This document shows, one piece after another, positions 12,436 to 23,953 of a stretch of 64,000 nucleotides of DNA (position 1 is the stretch's first letter; every line of letters begins with the position of its first letter). Source of the DNA: Azolla caroliniana (taxonomy: Eukaryota; Plantae; Polypodiophyta); assembly GCA_043228905.1 (NCBI GenBank), contig JBHGNT010000015.1, positions 3,348,001 to 3,412,000 on the forward strand. The letters are read 5' to 3'. The translations under genes were made by a program, and so were the position numbers. Below the pieces are notes generated by a model. The model ran no database searches. It had not been told where the DNA came from and saw nothing but the letters and a program-made list of their open reading frames with translations.

Positions 12436-14146
12436 TACTGTCGAAGATTAGGTGTTACATTCCCTTTCAATGAGTGACCAACTGGTAAGGCCATATGCAC
12501 TAATAGCCATCCGAAGAGAATAAATTTAGTTGGCCCCTTGAATGACCAAATCCATTTCCAGTAGGTTTTCAAATGCAAAGTTGAGACCCCCCAAGTGGTC
12601 CAATGTTTCTGAGCTGCTAGTATCCTTGCATTTCGAGAAAGCAATAATGCTCTTCCAAGTTTTACTGAGTATTAAAAGAAAGGAACCTTTATGATCTGTT
12701 CCCCCAATGAATGTGACCAAAACTAGCCCCCCGAATCCCATGTTAATCTTGCAACCGGGTCTTTTGCATATAACCACAACATATCACACATATGCGCATT
12801 TGAAGGATAAGGATCGAGCATCCATTTCTTTCCAAATTTAGCAACGACTCTAACTGGTGCACTTCGCAAGTGTTGTAGATAACTAACTACACTCTAACGT
12901 GTAAGGTTGTAATGTATGATTGTCTAGGACCTTAAAGTAAGAAGCACACCCGTTAGGTGAAACTGCATTGACAGCCACCAATGTGTCATTTATGAAGCAT
13001 CCAAACCACATATGTTCCTTTGTGGGTTGAAAGGTTGTAGAAAACGAAGAATATGATGCTGATATACTAGCGGTCATTATCTTGGCACGATGAACTAATT
13101 GTAATTGTGCAAGGCGATCTTCTTGTGACATTTGTTGAAAATGATTCCACGTTCTTACAAATGCAACATGCCCATTATCCAATTTTCCCCAGGCAAGGTG
13201 AGTTTTTAGGCCCAACACTTTTCCTACAGTATCCCGAAATAAAGAATTGGCAAGAAGAGGTTGATTAAGTAGCGCATCCCATGTATAAGGTTTGTCCTTA
13301 AGCAATAACGACTTAATCACATCCCATGCCCTTATGATTCCTAGCAAAAATCTATTGGATGCAAGATCCCGCCTTGGTGTCTGTACATCATTTAGGAATA
13401 ACCATTTTAAAGAGGGTGACCAAACACTGCTCCGAAGTGCAAGAGACTACCAAGCATGCCCTTTGGTCATGTTCCTTGGTTCAACAAGTATGGAATAAAG
13501 TTCTTTCGTTATTTTTAACAATCAATGTTGGTTGCTTATTTTCATGGGGATCAACAATGTGGGGAGTGTTACATTCCAGTTTGATGTTGTATGAGGCAAA
13601 TGATGTTCAAGAGGCAATGATGGTATATAATAGAAGATTGATATTGGTTAGCCCCTTTCAACAACCTCATAAGCAGGTGCGATCTGCCCAAATATGGAAA
13701 ACAGTGACTACAATAACGTTATGGGCATTATGGAAATGTCGATGCAACCGACGTTATGATGCGACATATTAGTGTCTCTCAGATGTCTTGCGTGAGATAT
13801 GGGAGAACTTGGTGGTAGTAGTTCGCGGCCAATATGACAACATGCAAGGTTCACCAGAGACTGTGAACAAGAGAAAGAAGAAGCTCCTTCACTTATGGAA
13901 AAAGTTACCCCTATTCTCTGAGTCAACTCAAGGGCCTCAATGGAACTATCAACTTCCTTGGACCCTTTCTTGATTAATAGTGAAGCACGGCAAAATGATT
14001 TATTTATTTATTTACCTTTTACAAAGTTCTAGCTTTGGTCTTAGGATTATCGTATATCATTGTACATGAAAATTGTAAGCTTAAGCTGTAGCATTCACAT
14101 GTTTTTCTTAATACTAATGAGGAAAATCTTTGAAGAAAAAAAAAAA
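12436..14146 (+). mobile_element. 5'-truncated, 5'-inverted L1 LINE (ORF2 C-terminus, zf-RVT)
   Basis: Poly-A 14136-14146. 14-bp TSD GATGTTTAGAATCA at 12422-12435 and 14148-14161. 12436-~13422 encodes ORF2 on the minus strand; ~13421-13973 continues it on the plus strand. Confidence 0.9.
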
Positions 14147-15313
14147 GGATGTTTAGAATCAAACTTCTTTTGATTGGTTTGTTGTACACAACATATTGAT
14201 TTGTTCAACATAGGTGCCTAGATATTCAAGGGTCAAAATATCATGTGGTAGCTTTGAAGAATAATAGTTTATAAGATTTTGATTGCTCGTTATTAATACA
14301 TATATAGTTTAGAATTGAACTTCTTTTGAAATCCAAAATAGTTGAGTGTGAAAATGGAGTTGTGATTCATATAGATTGGAAATGACCATGTCTTGTCTAC
14401 ACGTAGGTGAGAATTCTTTTATTTTGGCTTGAGTAGTTGTTGGACTTAATTTTGTAGAGTCTCTTGGTTTCTATGCAACCCAAAAATAAAGATCAAAACA
14501 ATGAGAACATTGTGAATCGGATGCCAAATGATTATTTGAAGAACATAAAAAAAGCAATGATTGTAATTCAAAAGCTCATGGAAACTATACCAAATAATGA
14601 CAGTTGTCATATTATTACCCACATGTACCCAAGAATGCTTGGTAAAAGGTTATGCATCTAATGATGTTCAAAATAATGTCTTCGATAAAATAAATGGGGC
14701 CTATACAAATAATGGTGTTCAAATTTTGATTATGGATTGAAATTGGTATTTGTAAAAGTGGACGTGACTATGGATGTTTCAGTGTTGCTCAATGTACAAT
14801 CATGTCTGATACTTTCCTTGAGGTTGGTGGTAAAGGTGGTGTATGCACATGGTATCATGATTGCTTGCAACTCAAATCAGAATAGAAAGAAACCCAAAAG
14901 TTGTATAGTACAAGATTTACACGATGCATTGATGGACTTATTAGGATTCATATAAGTTTAGAACTACTATTGCAAAAAATGCTATAGGTGGTGCTAGTTT
15001 AAAAGTTGGTTCAAATTAACTGTTTAAAAAAGATGCTCCTTTATCTTTTGAGTTTTGTCTACATTGCTTATTGGGTATCACTTCTAGTCGGAGGTGTATT
15101 TAAAATGCATGTAGATAATATTGCAACGAGGATTTGTAATTGGACTCCTATAGATCCAATAAAAGCCATACCTTTCTTCCATACATTTCTTCTAATATCA
15201 TTTGGCAATATAAGAAGAGGACGATTGAAGTTTAGAAAGATGCATGATGTTAGATGGATTTCTAATGGGCAAGTGATGACACATCTAGTAAGGATTATGA
15301 CAAATTTATTGAA

Positions 15314-15624
15314 GGGAAAGTACCAGGATACCCTTGGAAGTTTGTCTATTTACCAGAATGCCCCTGGAAGTTCCAGATTTACCAAACTACTCCTATGTCC
15401 AAAAAATTACACTTTATAAAGTAATTATACACTCAAATATTTGGTAAATATGGCTAGTTTGGGTCCATTTCTTCCATCTTTGGTAAATAGGGCTTGTAGA
15501 TTTGAGTGTATAATTACTTTATAAATTGTAATTTTTTGGACATAGGGGTAGTTTGGTAAATTTGGAACTTCCAGGGGCATTTTGGTAAATAGTCTAACTT
15601 CCAGGGGTATCCTAGTACTTTTCC
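15314..15624. mobile_element. Mutator-type MITE (311 bp)
   Basis: ~125-bp terminal inverted repeats beginning GGGAAAGTAC. 9-bp TSD TTTATTGAA at 15305-15313 and 15625-15633. Confidence 0.92.
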
Positions 15625-18600
15625 TTTATTGAATGGCTTAAAATATGAGGATATGACATTATTTTCTTATATGGTTCATTTTAAGGTGCAATTTTTGTTT
15701 AGTTCTTTTACATGTTGTGATTTCAAGTGTTGGAAAACATTGCAAATCAATAATTGCAAACTTCCAACTAGTGTCCCATGATAATACATTTGTTATGTAT
15801 GCATTCATATTTTATCTTTTACAAGAAAGGCACATACAAATGAGAATGGATTCATGACTTTTGTTGATATTGAATGCATTTTGAACCAACATCACGTATA
15901 TTTGGATCCAATGTATAACGGTGATGACGTGAATATGCACATAGTGTTTGGTATGTCAAATGCTCACGTGATTCACTTAGAACTTAGAGAGCTCTTTTGT
16001 CCAAAATACCATGATAAATATTGGAAAAATTAGATGCGTACAAAAGAGCATGGTGACAAATTAGTTTTGGGAAGAATTCATGTGCACGGATTGATCAAGT
16101 AGAATGTAAAGGAGAAAGACGAATCATTTTAAGATAAAAATTGCACACGTTTTAGGACAAATAGTGGTAATTATGATGAATGTGAGCAATCCTTTTCATA
16201 GATAATGAAACTTTATGCTCTTTCTTTGCCACATCATCATTTGCACATGCAATAGGGGTTTCACTTGATGAGTAAGATTATCAAAATAATTTCATGACCC
16301 TCTCTTAAATAATTAAGTTTATTGATGTTCTTGGCCACCAATAAATCAAATGAGACCAAATTTGAAGAGGCTTTGAAGCTTGTAAGGTTATAAAGAAAAG
16401 AATAATTGGATCATTGACAATGGCACAATGTTGGTATTTGAATATATCATAGCATATAATAGAAATATCATCTTTTTGTAACTTTAAGTAGGGGTATGCA
16501 ATATATATATATATATATATATATTCTGATATATTAGACCATCTTTTTTGGGTAAATGCCACGTTATTGTTTTGATTAAAACAAGGTATGAAAAAAAATA
16601 GATGACATTTTCCATTACATTGTGTCGGTCTATGGAAATGCCTTATGTTTGTTTATGTTATTGGTAACAGAATGTTTTGAATGTCAATTACAATGACAAA
16701 TTACAAATTTCTCTTTTCAATAAGATTATGTTTTAACAATATACGTCCAATGAAATTGTAGGTAGCATGTCAAATTTTAATGTTGAATAGCAAACGAAAA
16801 TGCAACATCCCTTGTCTTCCTATTTCCAACAACAGCAAACACGGAATCAAACTTTCAAAAACACGTACCATGCAGTAGATGCCTTTGCAACTTTACATGC
16901 TCCTCAATAAACTTTGCATTGAACAAACAACAATGCTTGATGAAAAATCTCACAATGCGTAGACTTCGACATGTGTAAAGCAAATGCTTGTGTAGGCAAT
17001 CCAACAGTAATAACGACCTTTTTCCCTGGTTTACCTAAGCAATGGGAGTCCTTTCTCCCGACCATTGGTAAAAGTATGGGAGGACAATGCTTGGAAAAAA
17101 CATTAGTAGAGACAGTAAGTGTAACAACAAGGATGAAATTAATTGTTTATGATGTAAAGGCCCTACCACAATCAATGGTGCTAAGCAACAAACTAATGCC
17201 TGACCATGTATAGCCCGTGGAATATGCCGGACTCCCAGAGCAATGCTTTGTATGTAGACAAATGGGGCATATGGCCCGAGAATGTCCTAGAGGTAAGGAG
17301 ACCATGCATCGTAGAAATGGGAAGCATGGATGGAAAATCCCAACAAGTATGACACAACAAAACAATACGAGAATAAACCATGCAATGCGGATAAATGAAG
17401 ATGGATGGAAATATATGAACAATAAAGGAAAACAAAAAATTATGCTCGAACAAGAATGGGTTCCACTTAGCAACAAATATGAACTCTTAACCTTAGAGGA
17501 CAATGAAAACATAGCTAATGACAAGGAAGCAAGATCAAAGGCAAATTCGGAGAGCAACTTTGTGAGTGCTATTAATGATATGCAGACATTGCCACAAGAA
17601 GACGGCTTGTTAGTGGTTGAAACTTGAAACTGTTCAGATGCATCAGGAATGTATGGATGAGGTAGGAGAAATAAGAATTGGAAAGGTTGCAGGCCCCTTG
17701 AAAGAGCAAGATAAGTCACTAGTGACAACCCAACATATTAAGGGGATAGCAAAAATGAAAAAGCACATGCGTGCTAGAAAAGAGGAAGAGAATGGAATGG
17801 AGAAAAATAAAGGCATGCGTAAATGGTCATGAGTGAAATGGAATCCTCAATACAAAGTGACCCCCCTATCGAATACCGGGCAACAAATCAAACTGAAATT
17901 GACAGGCAAAAAGTGGTTCAAGGAAATGTGTGGAACTGAGATGAAGGACAACATGTATAGAATCAATATCTATTGTAATTGTGAGGACAAAGGTCAAATT
18001 GCTGGACTGTCCTATATGTTGGTCATTGGAAATAAGGAGCCCCACAACAGAGAAGAAACACTCGGATGGTTGGAACAAGAAGTGGGTGCTCATGTAGATT
18101 CAACATATGGTACCACAATAGGTGTGAAAATGAAAAGACAATGGAAAGATGCCATGATATGGAGCTTAGGCAAGGCAAATGAGCAAGGCATATGCTATAT
18201 AAATGTGAAATTTAGGAAGCTTCCTAGAATGATCATGGAATTCATGGTATACCACCTTGAAATGGTGACACTAGAAGATGATAATCTCCAAGATATGATC
18301 TTAGTGAACCTAGTGGAAGCTAAAAATGCATTGACTGGGCCACTAAAGAGGCAGGGTATATGTTGAGATGAATCTTAGCTTGCTAACATGGAATATACAA
18401 AGAATTGGTGGCGGCCAATTCCACATGAAGAAGAATGTATTAGCTGTTGAAATTTAGTCCCCGTCGCCCTCAACACTTCGCCGTTATACGCGGAAGGGGT
18501 CCATATGCTTGACGGGTTGGCTGATGAGGAGGTCGATGACTTCCTAGATGATCATCCCACGATCATCCCTCTCTTCGAAATCAATGCCTTACCTACCATC

Positions 18601-21600
18601 GAGCCATCTAAAGATGAGGAAGTCACGGAGGAGTCACCACCCCAGGATGAACCAGATGCAACCACAGTTGCCGAGCTACGTCATGCTCGGGAGGCTTTTG
18701 AACGCGAACTCGCCATTTCACAACGAGTGAAAGCATCAACCCTGGAAACAATAAACCTCGGTTCGGACGAGAATCCCGTACGTTACAAATTGCCAATAAT
18801 ATACCGACCGAAGAACGGGCATGCCTCGTAAAATTACTCACCGACTACCAGGATGTTTTCGCTTGGTCTTACACCGATATGAAGGGGCTGGATCCTCAAT
18901 ACTACCGACATCAAATTCACATCTTACCCGACACTCGGCCGGTTCAGCAGAGGCGCTACAGGATGAACCCCAACTACGCCGCTAAAGTCAAAGAGGAAAT
19001 TGACAAACTACTCCGAGTGGGCTTCATTCGCCCTGTTAAACGGGCCACATGGTTGAGCCCGATCGTAGTGGTCCCAAAGAAGAACGGAAAAATCCGCGTC
19101 TACGTCGACTATCGGAAGCTTAACGCGGCAACAGTCACCGACGGTTTCCCTCTCCCCTTCACGGATAGCGTCCTCGACACGGTAGCCGGCCACGAATGCT
19201 ACAGTTTCCTCGACGGGTTCAACGGCTATAACCAGATAAGAATGCACCCGAAGGATCAGGAGAAAATCGCTTTCATCACGGAATGGGGTGTTTTTGTAGC
19301 AGAAGTTATGATGTTCGGTCTAAAAACGGCGCCGGCTACGTTTTAGCGCATCATCACCGAAATCTTTCATGACTACATCCCGGCGTTCATGCAAGTCTTT
19401 CTCGACGATTTCGCCGTGTATGGCCATCGACGGGAACACATGACCCAATTACGACTCTGCCTGGAGCAATGTCGCCAAGCTCGATTGAGTTTGAACCCGG
19501 CGAAATGCGCGTTCTTAGTCACCAGCGGCAACCTTCTCGGCCACATTGTCAGTCAACAAGGCATTGCTATGGATCCAGATATAGTAAAGGCAATCCTGAA
19601 TGCCACTGCACCCTCAAATGCTAAGGCACTAAGCCGTTTTTTGGGACAGATCCGGTGGCACAGCCGAATGATACGACACTTGGCCGATTTCGCGACACCT
19701 TTACACGCGGCAGTCCATCGCCTTCCTTTCCAATGGACGTCAATCGAGGACACGGCCTATCAGACCCTGAAACGAATGCTGTCACATGCCCAGGTGGTCC
19801 AGTCCCCGGTTTGGTCCGAACCGTTTCATGTCTTCGTAGATGCTTCAGACATCGCCATCGGAAGTGTGCTGATGCAATGCACACCCCCGAATTGGTATAG
19901 GCCCGTGTACTACGCCAGTCGACGGCTCTCGACCGCGGAAAAGAATTACTCCACCACCGAGTGGGAGGCCCTCGGTATGATTTATAGCATCAATAAATTT
20001 CGGCATTACCTCTTGGGCCGAAAATTTACCTTTCACGTGGATCACTTGGCCCTTCTTTATTTGGTCAATAAACAAGCCCTCACCGGACGGTTGGCTCGGT
20101 GGATGCTCTTACTTACTACAAGAGTTTGATTTTCAAATTCAGCATCGACCCGGGGTACAACATGCCGTCGCCGACTACTTGAGCCGTCTTGAGTCAGGAG
20201 AACTGGCGAAAACAACGTACGACGAGCTACCAGACGCCATCCTATTTAACCTGACCACGATAGCAGATGATAACGGAGATGAATGGATCACGGAGATGAC
20301 CCATTTTCTCACTACCGGTGTACCTCCCGAGCACATGACCCTTGACGCGAGAAAACTCCTAGCAGTGCGTAGCTGGAATTTTTGCCTCGTCTCGGACATT
20401 CTCTACCACAAAGGCTCGGACGGCATATGGCGTCGATCGATTTGGCAATTCGAGAAGAACGCCGTTCTTCAGGAAGCCCACCAGGGAGTAGCTAGGGGGC
20501 ACTACGCCGGGGATTCCACGACAAGGAAAGTTTGGCCAAGTGGATTGTGGTGGCCAACAACGAAGAAAGACGCTCACGAGTTTTGCCGACAGTGTGATTT
20601 GTGCCAACGACTGGGGCAACCAATGGAACAGTCACGGATGCCACACCAGCCGATTCTTCTGTTGGAACCATTTCAAAAATGGGGTTTGGATTTTGTAGGC
20701 CCTTTCAAACCACTCGCGGCCCGAACAAGGAATAGGTATATTATCGTTGCCACGGATTATTGCACCAAATGGGTCGAGGCTAAGGCACTTCGAGATAACA
20801 CGGCGGCATCCACGGCTAATTTCGTGTACGAGCACCTCTGGTGCCGTTACGGATGCCCAATCGAGCTCGTTAGTGATCAAGGTGGGCACTTCATCAATCA
20901 TATAATACGTGAGCTTACACACCACTACGCGGTGGTGCACAAGAAAAGCACACCATACTACCCGCAGGCGAACGGCTTGGCGGAATCGACCAATAAAATC
21001 CTCCAAACCATACTGAAGAAGATCGTCAATGAAAACAGGACCGATTGGGATGACAAACTCCAGAGCGTGCTGTGGGCATATCGTACGACTTTCAAAACAA
21101 GCATCCAATCAACCCCCTTTCGAATGGCGTTCGGGTTAGAAGCCGTAATGCCCGTCGAGTTCCAAGTCCCGAGCCTCCGCGTTCAAGTCAAAGCATGGCT
21201 CATCGAGGCCCAATCCGAGCAATACCAGCTGGAACAACTCCTCGAACTCGGCGAAGATAGGATAGAGAGTATGGCCCAGCTCGAACAACGCCAACGGCAA
21301 CGCAAGGCTTTCGTGGATCGACATCGACACGGGCTGGAGAAGGAGCTCACCATCGGCAAACTAGTTCTTCTTTTTCAAACACGACTCGGGTCAATGCCGG
21401 GAAAATTAAGATTTCGGTGGACCAGTCCATTCTGGATTATCGACGAGTTCAACGGGACGTTCCAGCTCGGCACACTCACCGGCGACACTGGTAAAAGCTG
21501 GGCCAATGGTTTCCGACTTCGACCATATCGAGGGACTACACCACCCAACCCGTTTACTGAGCCACACGGCACAAACGAGTTTTGGGAGACCACCACGGAG

Positions 21601-23617
21601 GACGCCACGTGTCCCCCTGAATAAGGACTCACCCACCTTCTTGAAATTAATAAAAGTAGTAGTAGGTAGGATTAACCATAGTTTAGCCACCGATTAGCTA
21701 CACCTACACCACCCACCTAGGCACGCACAATTTTAGGAGCACCCCTCGCCACCACTCATTTAGTACCTATTTAAGCACATGCAAAGCACTAGAAGCACCC
21801 CACTCACCTTTAGGACACGTGGTGCTAATCACTTATTATGGCACCCACGACTCAGAATCTTCAGGATTAGCTTCAGGCACAAAACCCTAGGAGTAAGTTA
21901 CTAAAACCGTTTCCAAAACGCAACACAGACACAGAAGTTCATTATCGCTCCCCATCTCCATCGCTCTCAAGCTCAGAAACCTCGTCTCGCTCTCATCGCG
22001 CTAAACGCTCTTGCTCTCAAGCCCTCTTTCGCTCTCATGACCCCTCTGCTGGACTTCCCCTTCCTGCTGTTCCTCTTGTGTCTCGCCCTCGCCTCATCAC
22101 TCTTCTTCACGCTTCCACACAGTCGAACCCCGTCTCCATCTCCACCATGCCTCTTACCGCTTCAACAGAAACCCGCGCCTAGCTCCAGGAACGAGGAATG
22201 GGCGGTTACCATAAGATCATCGATGGCCCCGCGCACCCAGATGCCCAAGGTGTGGCTAAACGTATAAGTCCCGACGCCATCACCAACAACGTGCTTCGGG
22301 TTGTTCTGGACCTGCAATGGGGAGGGGACCATGAGGTCGACATACCCCCGGCATCAAAGATGAAAGCGTACTTCGGTGAGTACTCACCCTCAGGGAAGGC
22401 ATATCGCACGTATGGCGGTCCCAACAGAGCTTTCGGGGAGATTTCTCGTATATTAATGGAGTATGCGTTCGTGCATACGAACCCAACGAGCATGCCGCAG
22501 AACAAGGCAGCCATCATCATCAACGCGTATGAAGGAAACAGAATCGATTGGGGAATCATCACAGGCGAGGGACTCCGCGCAGCCTTAGCTTCATTTCAGT
22601 TCAGTAAGAAGATGTTGTCTGTTCTTACCCACTTTTTGATGGTTCTATACCCACCCTCTTCTCTTCCTTCCCCTCGTACACTCACGTCCCCACCACCACC
22701 ACGAAGGCAGAGAGAGAAATTCGTTGCCATCAGCCACGAAGCATGGGAGGAGCCTACATCGCCTTCACCTCCTGCGGCCGACCAAAACCCCGCATCTGCA
22801 CCACCACCCACCCAACCGCAACAAAAAAGGGCAGTTTCCGAGACCTGCCAAGATCGGGAGGAGGAGGTAGCTGCGGAAGACAACACAGTCGATGATGTCA
22901 CCATTCGACAACCAACGTCGCGCCCCTCGGTAACGTCCCTAGGGCCTAGCCCATGCCCCAACTCACAACAGGCTGCACCACCATGACCCCAGAAAAGGAA
23001 GCAGGCGGAGGAAACGACACTACCGGCCCCGGAACCCCAAACACAACCGAGCAAGAGAAGACGACTCAACCGCGAGTCCTCGGAAGAATAGAAAGAGCCA
23101 CAACAAGAGCAAGCCTTAGTTGTCAGACAGAGCAACCTGGCCATCATTCCTGAGGAGGCATTGCTGAACCAGGGAAAGATCGAGCATGGGCAGACAACGC
23201 AGATCTCGGAGGATGAAGTCCTCGGGTATAAGGACCTCCCCGCGGAGGCTTACGAATTTAGTGCGCTCCTACGCCTCGGTACGACATTCGAGCTGGTCGA
23301 CTTCCTCGCCAGAGCCCAAGTCGCGACAACCGCTCGAATGGCGGAGGAGCACGCCGAAACAAAAATGATTCAACGCACGCTAATAGGTGAAATTGAGCCC
23401 CAGGAGGATAGGGCTTTACAAAAAATCAGGAGGAAGAAGCAGGCAAAACAGGCCGCTCTCCTCATGGAAGTCCCCGAGTTGAACATCGCCCTTATCGAGG
23501 CATATCGGGACCTGGATCACACTACGCGGGCAACCAAAGACATGGCCCGAAAGATAAAAATAGCCCAAAAACAGGCTAAGATGGCACGCTGCGAACCAGA
23601 AGCTGGCAGCCTGGGAG

Positions 23618-23916
23618 TGTCATGATATGGCAAGACTCGAACCCATGACCTTAGGTTATATGGGTCGAGCTCTTGACCATTAGATCATCTATTGTAATAC
23701 ATAGGATATTATTTTCATTTACATTTTATTATAGGAAATTAGTGTATATTCCAGATTTCTCTGGAACATTCTAGAAGCTTCAGGATTACTCCTGAAAACA
23801 CTATAAAAGAGGGCACTAGGCATTATGTTGAACCAAATTGGTTCAACGCCAGTCTTAAGCCTTTTAGCCACCATTGTATATTCTCTTCATATAATACATA
23901 TCTTTCTTATCATCAC

Positions 23917-23953
<37 letters not shown>

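Noticed and set aside
14460-16300. Possible decayed coding or transposase sequence
   Set aside because: No recognisable motif; cannot be supported without a search.
22037-22267. Hydrophobic 76-aa ORF as an env signal peptide or TM domain
   Set aside because: It comes from a CT-rich leader and is out of frame with the long extra ORF; no further support.
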